Source: a virus (Duplodnaviria; Caudoviricetes). Taken from it: 56,374 nt of DNA. The position numbers and the translations under genes are program-made. The notes beneath the pieces were generated by a model. That model saw nothing but the letters and a program-made list of their open reading frames with translations. It was not told where the DNA came from and ran no database searches. How positions within the stretch are numbered: the stretch's first letter is position 1; each line of letters opens with the position of its first letter. Location: positions 1 through 56,374 of the IMG/VR virus record IMGVR_UViG_3300033273_000167; one strand, 5' to 3'. Shown piece by piece: positions 48,007 to 56,370 of this stretch.

Positions 48007-48471
48007 ATGAGCTATGAGAATCCTTGGTTATACTTGGAACAACCTTTTGATAGTGATTCTATTGGGGACAACTTTGGTTTTGTTTATAAAATTACCAATC
48101 TCCTCAACGGTCGATCGTACATTGGAAGAAAGTATTTTTGGTCTTTTAGAACGCCACCAGGAAAGAAACGAAAACAAAAACAAGAGAGTGATTGGAAGCG
48201 GTATTACGGATCTTGTCCAGAATTAAAAGAAGATATCAAAAAGATTTCCAATAGAACTTTCTTTAAGAGAGAAATTCTTTCCTTACATAAGACAAAGGGA
48301 ACTTGCAACTTTGAGGAAACGAAACAACTGTTCTTAAATAATGTCTTATCTGAGGCACTTGACAACGGAGAGCCTGCGTTCTATAATAGCAACATTCTCG
48401 GACGCTACATGCGAAAGGACTATGGTAACTTTGGAAGAAACACTGACAGTGACACACGACTGGGCAGTTGA
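48007..48471 (+). CDS. GIY-YIG-family protein
   Basis: GFVYKITN...SYIGRK, YYGS, E..Q, FYN. Confidence 0.8.
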   Translation: MSYENPWLYLEQPFDSDSIGDNFGFVYKITNLLNGRSYIGRKYFWSFRTPPGKKRKQKQESDWKRYYGSCPELKEDIKKISNRTFFKREILSLHKTKGTCNFEETKQLFLNNVLSEALDNGEPAFYNSNILGRYMRKDYGNFGRNTDSDTRLGS

Positions 48472-48625
48472 CAGAATGCACACTCTCTGTGATATGAAAT
48501 CTGATGAAGTGTTAGAATCTGTTGAAAATGCTCATGCCCTTCGAATGGAGTTTGCTGAATGGTTAGATCCAGAAGTAGAAGATCATGAAGTTTACTCACT
48601 TGAATATCTTGGAGAAGATGATTAA
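48422..48625 (+). CDS. Hypothetical acidic protein
   Basis: MVTLEETL...EFAEWLDP; start placed at the internal ATG. Confidence 0.65.
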   Translation: MVTLEETLTVTHDWAVDRMHTLCDMKSDEVLESVENAHALRMEFAEWLDPEVEDHEVYSLEYLGEDD

Positions 48626-49196
48626 AGCATTTCTTGGACTTGGATTCCTTGCAGTTGCATTTGTTATTGATGCACCTAAAGAAGAGGTTACAACAAAACC
48701 AAACCTCGTCGAGATTCCTGTAGTCAAATTTGAAAAGACTTGGAAGTGTCCTGACTGCACTCCAAACGAAAAGTATGTTTTATCCGAACTTCAGAAACAT
48801 ACTAAAATTTCTGATAGAAATGCACTAGCAACTATTCTTGGTAATATCAAACAAGAAAGTAATTTCGTTGCTAACATCTGTGAAGGTGGAGTAAGAGTAT
48901 CTTATAGTGAGTGTACTCGCGGTGGTTATGGTCTCATTCAATGGACATCCTTAGGACGTTATAATAATCTTGGTAAGTTCTGTGCCAAGTATGAATGTGA
49001 TCCCAGTAGTCTTGAGGGTCAAGTTCGTTATATGATCAACGAAGATCAATTTCAAAAAGTTTTGCCATCATTCGAAGGACGTGGAAATAGTATCAGTCAA
49101 TACATGATTCCTGCCTATTATTGGTTAGGATGGGGTATCAAGGGTAATAGGGAATATTACTCATATAACTATAGTAAGAAACTAGTTTTAGCATGA
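48618..49196 (+). CDS. Lysozyme-like cell-wall hydrolase with an N-terminal signal/anchor
   Basis: ILGNIKQES and GYGLIQWT (phage tail lysozyme-type motifs); hydrophobic N-terminus. Confidence 0.75.
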   Translation: MIKAFLGLGFLAVAFVIDAPKEEVTTKPNLVEIPVVKFEKTWKCPDCTPNEKYVLSELQKHTKISDRNALATILGNIKQESNFVANICEGGVRVSYSECTRGGYGLIQWTSLGRYNNLGKFCAKYECDPSSLEGQVRYMINEDQFQKVLPSFEGRGNSISQYMIPAYYWLGWGIKGNREYYSYNYSKKLVLA

Positions 49197-49681
49197 TTAA
49201 AAAAGCAATCGAAACGATCAAAGAAATTTTCATTCCTAATAGTGAGTTTGAAGAAGATAAAGTAATCTGTGAGATTGATGATGAAGTAATTGATTGTGCC
49301 GAACTAGAAGCACCTATTCATGAATGTGGTCCCAGTCACTTTAGTCATGGATATAGTCCTTATGGTAATATCCCTCCAGAAAATAGGTATACTGGTGTTC
49401 CTGCTCCAATAGTTCTTCCCGATGATCCTTGGTTTGGCCCTTCTATCTACAAGTCTCAGAAGCAACTTGATTATATGGAAAAAGAGACTGAAATGAAACG
49501 TCAAGAACGAGAGCAGAATTTCTCTGTTGAACCTGATGATATTCATCAGAAAATGTATGAGATTGCTACTAAGAATCAAAATACTACTCTTCAGTTAAAT
49601 CCTCTGGGTGGTTCAGAAAACTTTCATGAAGGACCTGGTGGTTGGATGTCTGGTAATGGTATGGGGCAGTTTCAACAATGA
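49193..49681 (+). CDS. Hypothetical protein
   Basis: 162 aa, ATGA coupling. Confidence 0.7.
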   Translation: MIKKAIETIKEIFIPNSEFEEDKVICEIDDEVIDCAELEAPIHECGPSHFSHGYSPYGNIPPENRYTGVPAPIVLPDDPWFGPSIYKSQKQLDYMEKETEMKRQEREQNFSVEPDDIHQKMYEIATKNQNTTLQLNPLGGSENFHEGPGGWMSGNGMGQFQQ

Positions 49682-49890
49682 ATCAAGATTGGCGTTATAG
49701 TGATGAAAGAATGGATGTTCGTACACAAGGACTGAATATTCTCCTTAAGAAGTTTGGATCTCAGATTTGTTCTGATGGATCACCTAGATATACTAACCAA
49801 AGTATTTACGAATGTGTGCACGATTGGGTTTCGCAAGGTAATGTAAATACTAATGGCATTGTCAAATACTATGAGGCATATTATGCGTAA
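49678..49890 (+). CDS. Hypothetical protein
   Basis: 70 aa, SIYECVHDWV. Confidence 0.7.
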   Translation: MNQDWRYSDERMDVRTQGLNILLKKFGSQICSDGSPRYTNQSIYECVHDWVSQGNVNTNGIVKYYEAYYA

Positions 49891-50551
49891 GACTATTCTT
49901 GCTATGTTGGCAGCAGTTTCTCTAACAACTCCTGCACTTGCTGACTCTAAGATCACCAAGGGTTTCAATACTATGGATGCAATGGGGTGTATGCTACTTC
50001 GAGAGTGTACCGATGGAGTCGATAAAATCGAGAGTATCGCAACTATTGCTGATGAGTATCCCGATACTGATTATAGTATTGTTGCTGACGAGTTCAACAC
50101 AATGCTCGTTGCCTTGGAGCAAGTTGGAGTTGGGGTGTTTCTAGCAGATAGTAAGTATTTTCCTGATAGTCATCGTGGTGTTTATCATACTGTTGGTAAT
50201 AACTTCTTCCTGAATAAAAAGTATATGGACAGCACCAATTACCTGATGCAAGTAATGCGTCATGAGGGATGGCACGCTGCACAGGATTGTATGGCAGGAA
50301 CGATTGAGAATAGTCTTATTGCTATCATCAAACCCGAAGATGAAGTGCCAATGATCTGGCGTGTGTTGGCAGAACGTATGTATCCTGAACACGCAGTTCC
50401 ATGGGAAGCAGAGGCAGGATGGGCAGGTCGTACTGAGAATATGACAATGGAAGCACTACAAGCTTGTGCTGCCGGGGAGATGTGGAAGGTCTATGAACCA
50501 ACTCCATTGACCCGTAAGTATCTGGTTGAAAATGGATACCTTGATAAATAA
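49883..50551 (+). CDS. Exported HEXXH zinc-metallopeptidase-like protein
   Basis: Signal peptide MRKTILAMLAAVSLTTPALA; RHEGWHAAQ and downstream WEAEA. Confidence 0.7.
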   Translation: MRKTILAMLAAVSLTTPALADSKITKGFNTMDAMGCMLLRECTDGVDKIESIATIADEYPDTDYSIVADEFNTMLVALEQVGVGVFLADSKYFPDSHRGVYHTVGNNFFLNKKYMDSTNYLMQVMRHEGWHAAQDCMAGTIENSLIAIIKPEDEVPMIWRVLAERMYPEHAVPWEAEAGWAGRTENMTMEALQACAAGEMWKVYEPTPLTRKYLVENGYLDK

Positions 50552-50644
50552 TCTTATCCTACACGGAAAAACACCCAAGAAGAGTTCTGCGAAAGCTCCT
50601 TGTGTTATAATGGTGAACTCTTTGTTGGATAATCTTTTTCAAGT

Positions 50645-50839
50645 ATGACAAACTTAACAAGAGATGTGTTGATCAAGACCATCGTCGCAAAGGAAATGCA
50701 AATGTGCGACAGTCCTGATTACACACAAAAACTAAAGACGACTTATCACAAATGGGAACACGAATCTAGTTCTGTTCTCTGTCAAAAATTTAATCAACTA
50801 GAGCATACAAACATCACTGTAGATTTGCTTCAACCATAA
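50645..50839 (+). CDS. Hypothetical protein
   Basis: 64 aa. Confidence 0.65.
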   Translation: MTNLTRDVLIKTIVAKEMQMCDSPDYTQKLKTTYHKWEHESSSVLCQKFNQLEHTNITVDLLQP

Positions 50840-50863
50840 ATAGCAGAGCCATGCCTGCTACAC

Positions 50864-51313
50864 ATGCCAGAAGAAGTCAAAACTCCTGAGGTAAAGAAGG
50901 AAGAACCTAAAAAGAAAGGTCCTCTCGGAAAACTAAAGGAAAAAGCAGAAGACTCTGAAGAACAACTTGCTATCGTTTCCACCTTTGTAAGACTGGGTAT
51001 CCTTATCTGGTCAGGTGGTATTTTGACTTTGAACTATGTAACCATTCCTAGTTTCCCACAAGGAAAGATCGACCCAACTTTCATCGCCTCTGTTTTTACA
51101 GGCGTTTTAGCGACGTTCGGCGTCCAGACTGCCAAGAGTAAGAGCAATGGAAATGGTGGTTCCCCTGCTGGTGGTGTCAGCAAGGCTGATATGGAGAAGT
51201 TAATTGAAAGAGCAACCCAAACTGCCCCTGCTCAAACGATTAGGATTGAGCAAGCACCAATCAAAATCGCAGGACAAAATGATGGAGAACCCCCAGTCAG
51301 ACCAACGATCTAG
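50864..51313 (+). CDS. Membrane protein (2 predicted TM segments)
   Basis: LAIVSTFVRLGILIWSGGILTL and FIASVFTGVLATFGV. Confidence 0.75.
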   Translation: MPEEVKTPEVKKEEPKKKGPLGKLKEKAEDSEEQLAIVSTFVRLGILIWSGGILTLNYVTIPSFPQGKIDPTFIASVFTGVLATFGVQTAKSKSNGNGGSPAGGVSKADMEKLIERATQTAPAQTIRIEQAPIKIAGQNDGEPPVRPTI

Positions 51314-51872
51314 TTTTAAGTGGGCAGCACTAACAGTGGGAACATTGTTTGGTGTTGCTCATATTGGAGTTTTGGGTCATCTGATGAATCGAACTCAGAT
51401 ACCCAAAATTGATCTGCCTTTGAATGATTATAGTTCTTATGTCATTCGTGCAGGTAAGGATGGTTATACGATTGAATATAAAGGTAATGATCCGAAGATT
51501 ATGACCACTACCAAAGACATTAGAAAATCTAATGGATTATTTGGTATTGGTGGTAAATCAGAGGTTACTACTTATGAACAATATACGATGAATGGTGCCC
51601 GCCATATGGGTGGAGGTGCTGGGGGAAAGTTGAGTGCAAAAAGAGAAGAGTGTATAAAGGCGGCAGGTGGTGGAGAATCGACCGGGAGAATAGTCGGTGC
51701 TAGTATCGGTTCTTCTGCCGCATCATTTTTCACTGGAATTCCATATATAGGATGGGTCGCTGCTGGATGGATTGCCATGTTAGGTCAAAACACTGGTGCT
51801 GAAGTTGGTGGTGAACTTGCAACATCTATGATGGAAGGATGCGATGAACTTACTGCTGAGACCACTGAATGA
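51279..51872 (+). CDS. Membrane-anchored protein with a C-terminal glycine-zipper-like region
   Basis: N-terminal hydrophobic helix; GRIVGASIGSSAA...GWVAAGWIAMLG. Confidence 0.7.
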   Translation: MMENPQSDQRSSFKWAALTVGTLFGVAHIGVLGHLMNRTQIPKIDLPLNDYSSYVIRAGKDGYTIEYKGNDPKIMTTTKDIRKSNGLFGIGGKSEVTTYEQYTMNGARHMGGGAGGKLSAKREECIKAAGGGESTGRIVGASIGSSAASFFTGIPYIGWVAAGWIAMLGQNTGAEVGGELATSMMEGCDELTAETTE

Positions 51873-51999
51873 TGTAAATGATGTAACTTGGAGTATCATT
51901 ATTAGTTTGGTGATATTGCTTTTTGGGGTAGGATATTACATATATACAATTATGAGTATGGCATTCGAGGAATTAGAAGATGAGCGATCTGACAAATAA
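51844..51999 (+). CDS. Small single-TM protein (51 aa); not in the ORF track
   Basis: Manual translation MNLLLRPLNDVNDVTWSIIISLVILLFGVGYYIYTIM... Confidence 0.65.
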   Translation: MNLLLRPLNDVNDVTWSIIISLVILLFGVGYYIYTIMSMAFEELEDERSDK

Positions 52000-52369
52000 A
52001 GATTCTGAACAAGATGCTAAACTTGCTGTATTGGAAAGCAAGATTGAAAGTTATCGTGAGCGTATTATTGCTCTTGAAGAAGAAACAAAAGATGTTTCTG
52101 TTATCGAAAGCACTTTAGAGAATGCTATTCGTCGAATTGAAATGGTCCATAGTCGTATTGATAAGACTGAAGAAAAAATTAAAGAAATTAGACAACAAGC
52201 TATAGACAACAAGATTTGGATTCAGAGAGCATCTGCTGTCATTGGTGCAGCAGTAACTCTTATTGGAATTATTGTTGCATTGCCACAAGAAGCAGATTCA
52301 AAGGAGGTTAATTATGGGAGCAATGGTTCCACCCAGCAGGAAGTCCTGTTACAACTTTCGAGTGATTGA
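51980..52369 (+). CDS. Coiled-coil protein with a C-terminal TM helix
   Basis: KLAVLESKIE heptads, then ASAVIGAAVTLIGIIVAL. Confidence 0.7.
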   Translation: MSDLTNKDSEQDAKLAVLESKIESYRERIIALEEETKDVSVIESTLENAIRRIEMVHSRIDKTEEKIKEIRQQAIDNKIWIQRASAVIGAAVTLIGIIVALPQEADSKEVNYGSNGSTQQEVLLQLSSD

Positions 52370-52772
52370 GATCAACCGTGTTGTTGACGGTGATACTATT
52401 GATGTCACCATTGATCTTGGGTTTGACTTATATAAGAAAGAAAGAGTTAGAGTTGCAGGCGTTGATACACCGGAAAAAAGGACCAGGGACCTAGAAGAAA
52501 AGGAGTTGGGAATTGAAGCAACGAATTGGCTCAAGGAGGCACTGGATGGTGCCATTGCTGGGGATGATGATCTTGTTATTCGTACTGAGCTTGTTGGTGG
52601 TGTCGGTAAGTACGGTAGACTTCTCGGATGGTTATACATCGGAGATGCAGAACTTTCACTTAACGAATTAATGATTGAAGAAGGTTATGCCTGGGCATAT
52701 GATGGAGGAACAAAACAGAAGAACTTTGAAGAACTAAGAGAAATTCGTCGTACCAAAGGTACGTTAATCTAA
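52314..52772 (+). CDS. Thermonuclease (SNase-like) family protein
   Basis: VVDGDTIDV, RVAGVDTPE, KYGRLLG, LMIEEGYA; AAGGAGG SD. Confidence 0.88.
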   Translation: MGAMVPPSRKSCYNFRVIEINRVVDGDTIDVTIDLGFDLYKKERVRVAGVDTPEKRTRDLEEKELGIEATNWLKEALDGAIAGDDDLVIRTELVGGVGKYGRLLGWLYIGDAELSLNELMIEEGYAWAYDGGTKQKNFEELREIRRTKGTLI

Positions 52773-53017
52773 TGCAGAAAGTAATCAATGTACTCGCACT
52801 TGCGTCTTTTGCTGTATCTACTGCCATTGTTGCTGGTGGTGCTTATGTCTATCTCAACAAGGATGCAATGATTGAAAGTGCAAAACAAGCAGCAACTAAA
52901 GCAGCAACAGAGGCAGTTACATCAGCACTTCCCGGACTGTTAGATGCTGCCATGCCAGAGATTCCTGAAGTAACAGGTGGTGCTGTTCCTACCGGTGGTG
53001 GATTGCCTAGTTTCTGA
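52772..53017 (+). CDS. Small membrane-anchored hypothetical protein
   Basis: N-terminal hydrophobic helix. Confidence 0.7.
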   Translation: MQKVINVLALASFAVSTAIVAGGAYVYLNKDAMIESAKQAATKAATEAVTSALPGLLDAAMPEIPEVTGGAVPTGGGLPSF

Positions 53018-53060
53018 GAACTCTATGAGAATTGATATATAAATTAGTTATTTTATTGAT

Positions 53061-53186
53061 ATGACAGTAGCTAAACCTAGAAGAAGATCTAAACCTCAAC
53101 ACGGTAAAAGTGATAATAAGTTTTTTCTCTATGTAATGTTCTATCATTTCTTCGAAGGACTTGCTGGCATTTTTAAGAATGATTGA
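53061..53186 (+). CDS. Small hypothetical protein (41 aa); not in the ORF track
   Basis: MTVAKPRRRSKPQHGKSDNKFFLYVMFYHFFEGLAGIFKND; the stop overlaps the next ATG. Confidence 0.55.
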   Translation: MTVAKPRRRSKPQHGKSDNKFFLYVMFYHFFEGLAGIFKND

Positions 53187-53953
53187 TGGCAGAAATTCCT
53201 GAAATTAGAATACGATCTGTGGATGTTCCACAGGTGCCTGATTACTTAATGGAACCACCACAAGCAATTCCTAGTTCTGTTCCTGTTACGGTTCAAATAG
53301 GATTTCCTGTGGTGGATCTTCCTGGTTGTGTTGAGGCACACGAAACAAAGAATCCTAAGAACAATCAGATTGTAGACGATGATCAAAGGGGTGTTCTGAC
53401 TTTTTGTGATGGGCACATACCGTCTTTTAATCCTATTAATTTTAATGATGAAGTAGAGTTACCGACTCCTAAACCACCTATTCCTCCTTACAAGGCACCA
53501 GAAGTTCCAGGAATACCAGAGATTCCTAAGGATGTCATACCAAAAGCAGAGAAGGAAGAGGTGCCTTGTCCTGGTCCTAATGCACCTAGAATCGGTGATG
53601 TAGCACAAAATAAGAAGGAGAAGGTTTCTGGGTTTGAGTTGCAGACTGTAAATGGTCAGCAGATATGTGTAACTCTTTACGAACCAATCCCATTCACAGA
53701 GCAGTATCTACCAGCACCACAAGTCGTAGCATCAACTGCCGGTATTGCTGCTGTTGCAACTACATCTGCTTTGTTAGCAAAACCAGTGGCAGATCTTTTA
53801 CTTAAGGTAGTAAAACCACTAGTAAAGAAAACAATTAAAAAAATTGCTGCTAAGTTAGGAAAACATCAGCAGCATTATAGTGTATCTGAACGTAGAGAAA
53901 TTCAGAGAGAACTATCTCAGGCAATCAGAATTATGAAAAATATGAAGAAGTAA
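53186..53953 (+). CDS. Pro-rich hypothetical protein with a C-terminal hydrophobic segment
   Basis: Four Cys, TAGIAAVATTSALLA, basic tail. Confidence 0.75.
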   Translation: MAEIPEIRIRSVDVPQVPDYLMEPPQAIPSSVPVTVQIGFPVVDLPGCVEAHETKNPKNNQIVDDDQRGVLTFCDGHIPSFNPINFNDEVELPTPKPPIPPYKAPEVPGIPEIPKDVIPKAEKEEVPCPGPNAPRIGDVAQNKKEKVSGFELQTVNGQQICVTLYEPIPFTEQYLPAPQVVASTAGIAAVATTSALLAKPVADLLLKVVKPLVKKTIKKIAAKLGKHQQHYSVSERREIQRELSQAIRIMKNMKK

Positions 53954-54829
53954 TTATTCGATTGCACCACCAAGATCTTCTGCTCTTCTTGATGTTCTTG
54001 TGGGTTTAGGAATAGTATGAGCGTGTGGTTTGATGTAATTTACATTTTGAACCACCACATCGGCACATATTTTATAATAAGGGCTTCTGGGATGAAAATT
54101 TATTCCCTCCTTTATCAACTGCCCACAATTCTTAAGTCTGGCGATCTCAAAATCCAATCTCTTATTGGCTGCTGCCTGTCTCATCAAATCAATGTTTGCT
54201 GCCGCAGCTTGTTTGCATTGGTCTTGTAGTGTTTTATCTAATGGTGTGCTCCAAGTCATGGAGAAACCAACACTTAAATTGTAATTATCTTTCTGTCCTG
54301 TTCTTACCGGAACTCTGTATAAAATATCGCCAGGATTGTCTGGTGCGCCATCCCCGATTGCATTTCCATCATCATCAAAGTCTCCGGACAAATCTCTCAT
54401 ATCATAAACATTATCATAGTATTCACCTTGAAATGGTTTCTGGGCGGATACTGCTCCTGTTACATACGGCGTAAAGTTCATAGTGGGACCTTGACACTGG
54501 ATTCCCCCGCCGTAAGTATTAGTGATATATGGGCCTTGTAAAACCTGAATTGCTTGATTAGTAACCGAGCCTGAGCTGTTTGCTACAGGCGCAGCAGTCG
54601 CACTCACACCTCCGACTTCCGCACTTGCAGGTAGGGCATTTGCAATACTTGTTAGACATAAGACTACTGGGAGAAGATACTTGTTGTAGTTGTTATACTT
54701 TCTACTTCTGTCGTCCTTTGGATAATCGTCTGGTTGCTTAGTCCCGGACCTTGATAGGTCTCCGTAAACTGAAATGCATTTCCCGGATTTGTTTGTGTAA
54801 AGGATGGTTTGCTTGTCACACCTGTCCAT
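53954..54829 (-). CDS. Exported hypothetical protein; start codon uncertain
   Basis: Internal signal-peptide-like YLLPVVLCLTSIANALPASA; the only upstream ATG lies 166 nt inside the preceding gene. Confidence 0.7.
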   Translation of the reverse strand: MDRCDKQTILYTNKSGKCISVYGDLSRSGTKQPDDYPKDDRSRKYNNYNKYLLPVVLCLTSIANALPASAEVGGVSATAAPVANSSGSVTNQAIQVLQGPYITNTYGGGIQCQGPTMNFTPYVTGAVSAQKPFQGEYYDNVYDMRDLSGDFDDDGNAIGDGAPDNPGDILYRVPVRTGQKDNYNLSVGFSMTWSTPLDKTLQDQCKQAAAANIDLMRQAAANKRLDFEIARLKNCGQLIKEGINFHPRSPYYKICADVVVQNVNYIKPHAHTIPKPTRTSRRAEDLGGAIE

Positions 54830-55107
54830 GTTGAAGTCACTCCGTCAATAGTTACTGTATTTGTTCCAGTTCCAGGTGAAAGATTACCTGATGCTGTAAT
54901 TCCACTTCCTGTAGCAGAATATTGATAACCGGTGTTATAATCCATCGAATTGATGGTTTCTACTACTTTAGATTTTGTTTCAGTTGTGCTAGTCATCGAG
55001 CCCTGTGTGAAGTTTGGTACAACCGGAACGGAAAATGCCGGTTGTACAAACCCATGGATTGCACCAAGAATCAACCCTAAACCGATTGCTTCTTGTAATC
55101 TAGTCAT
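54664..55107 (-). CDS. Exported Thr/Ser-rich hypothetical protein
   Basis: Signal-like N-terminus, VPVVPNF, FQFTETYQGPGL. Confidence 0.8.
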   Translation of the reverse strand: MTRLQEAIGLGLILGAIHGFVQPAFSVPVVPNFTQGSMTSTTETKSKVVETINSMDYNTGYQYSATGSGITASGNLSPGTGTNTVTIDGVTSTWTGVTSKPSFTQTNPGNAFQFTETYQGPGLSNQTIIQRTTEVESITTTTSIFSQ

Positions 55108-55119
55108 TGGTATTTAACC

Positions 55120-55614
55120 TCAGTCGATCACAGTGATTTCGGAAACGAATTGTCCGATTGCCGTAGAACCTGCACCGCCAGCAGTCACCGTAAGGACATT
55201 TGCTGAGGTTACAGTACCGGCAAGATTACCAGCAGTACCAGAAGCATATGAAGTTTGTCCGGTCAGATTAGCAACTTCTCCTACTGTAGGAGCACTAGTT
55301 GGGATCGCATCAGCCTGTGTATAAGATTGACTGAAGGAGAATGCTGCTCCAGGAGTATCTTGAGTTGCTGCAATCGTTCCTGGTGAATAAACACCATTAG
55401 TGATAGTACCGGCAGAAACTGTATTTGCAGTTGTACCGTCCGTAGTATCTATATTACTACCTGAGATACTGAACGTCGAACCAATTCTAGATGCGGTTGT
55501 TCTAGCAGCATCAACAGAGAGTTGAACACTTGCCGCATGTTTACTAACAAGACCACCAGCATAAACAGGTGTTGTCATCAAAAGCATACCAAAAGCAATC
55601 AGAGATTTTTTCAT
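55120..55614 (-). CDS. Exported Thr/Ala/Gly-rich hypothetical protein
   Basis: Signal peptide MKKSLIAFGMLLMTTPVYA; minus-strand CTAAATA at 55639-55645. Confidence 0.8.
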   Translation of the reverse strand: MKKSLIAFGMLLMTTPVYAGGLVSKHAASVQLSVDAARTTASRIGSTFSISGSNIDTTDGTTANTVSAGTITNGVYSPGTIAATQDTPGAAFSFSQSYTQADAIPTSAPTVGEVANLTGQTSYASGTAGNLAGTVTSANVLTVTAGGAGSTAIGQFVSEITVID

Positions 55615-55689
55615 TATTTGCTATCAGCAATTTGAAATTATTTAGCATTTGATAAATTATAAATAAATCACGATGTATTGAACATTACA

Positions 55690-55935
55690 ATGAAACTGAC
55701 CGATCAACAAACACATTTGACACAATTGGTAGAACAGAGAACCACATTGTCACAACAACTTGAAGGTATTCAAAATCAGACAACTAGAACGAGAGAACTT
55801 CTTTTAAAAACTCAAGGAGCAATTGAGTATCTGGAAGCAGTAGGAGTTAAACTTCCAGAACCAGAAGTTACTGAAGAAGTTGCCGAAGAGGTTGCTGAAG
55901 AAGCACCTGCAAAGAAAGCATCAAAGAAAGGTTGA
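55690..55935 (+). CDS. Small coiled-coil hypothetical protein
   Basis: LLKTQGAIEYLE; TATAAATA at 55658. Confidence 0.7.
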   Translation: MKLTDQQTHLTQLVEQRTTLSQQLEGIQNQTTRTRELLLKTQGAIEYLEAVGVKLPEPEVTEEVAEEVAEEAPAKKASKKG

Positions 55936-55960
55936 CGCAAAGACTCAGAGGGTCTATAAT
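55932..55960 (+). promoter_or_regulatory. Sigma70-type promoter for the tRNA cluster
   Basis: TTGACG-N17-TATAAT. Confidence 0.8.
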
Positions 55961-56023
55961 ATCTGAGTTGAGAGGCAAGACACAGATAAGAGGGGACGAC
56001 AAACTGTTCCCCGCCTCTCTCAT

Positions 56024-56097
56024 GACTCAATAGCTCAGCTGGATAGAGCAACTGCCTTCTAAGCAGTCGGTCGTAGGTTCGAATCCTACTTGAGTCG
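56024..56097 (+). tRNA. tRNA-Arg(UCU)
   Basis: GACTCAA/TTGAGTC acceptor stem, ACTGC-CTTCTAA-GCAGT anticodon arm, T-loop TTCGAAT. Confidence 0.95.
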
Positions 56098-56099
56098 TA

Positions 56100-56218
56100 A
56101 CGGATTGGCGACATCCGTGCTCACATCTCCGAGAGAAAAAAGAATCGGAACATCGACCCATGTGAGAGAGAGGCGGGACCCCTCTTGGTGCCACCGCTGC
56201 TGACGAGTAGCGGTTATT
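56100..56218 (+). ncRNA. Structured non-coding RNA candidate between tRNAs (possibly manA-motif-related)
   Basis: Five stems: CGGAT/ATCCG, CTCACAT/ATGTGAG enclosing TCCGA/TCGGA, AGAGG/CCTCT, ACCGCTGCT/AGTAGCGGT. The family assignment is unverified. Confidence 0.55.
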
Positions 56219-56223
56219 CTTAT

Positions 56224-56295
56224 TCCTCTGTAGCTCAGCGGTAGAGCCGACGACTGTTAATCGTCTGGTCGCAGGTTCGCGTCCTGCCGGGGGAG
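56224..56295 (+). tRNA. tRNA-Asn(GUU)
   Basis: TCCTCTG/CGGGGGA acceptor stem, GACGA-CTGTTAA-TCGTC anticodon arm; atypical T-loop TTCGCGT. Confidence 0.85.
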
Positions 56296-56297
56296 TT

Positions 56298-56370
56298 GCC
56301 TGCCTAGCTCAGGTGGTAGAGCGGGGCTTTGGTAAAGCTCTGGTCGTCGGTTCACGTGCGTCGGTAGGCT
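56298..56370 (+). tRNA. tRNA-Thr (reads GGU); T-arm defective, probably sequence errors at the contig end
   Basis: GCCTGCC/GGTAGGC acceptor stem, GGGCT-TTGGTAA-AGCTC anticodon arm; T-stem GTCGG/GCGTC is mispaired. Confidence 0.6.

Noticed and set aside
48007-48471. GIY-YIG ORF as a recently inserted homing endonuclease
   Set aside because: It consists of the catalytic-type domain only, with no DNA-binding extension, flanking repeat or compositional anomaly. It looks like a resident gene.
54559-54660. Minus-strand Cys-rich mini-ORF (MSNKYCKCPTCKCGSRRCECDCCACSKQLRLGY) resembling a metallothionein
   Set aside because: It lies in an alternative frame of an Ala-rich coding region, where NNT-GCN codon pairs automatically generate TGC. 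There is no independent evidence of translation.
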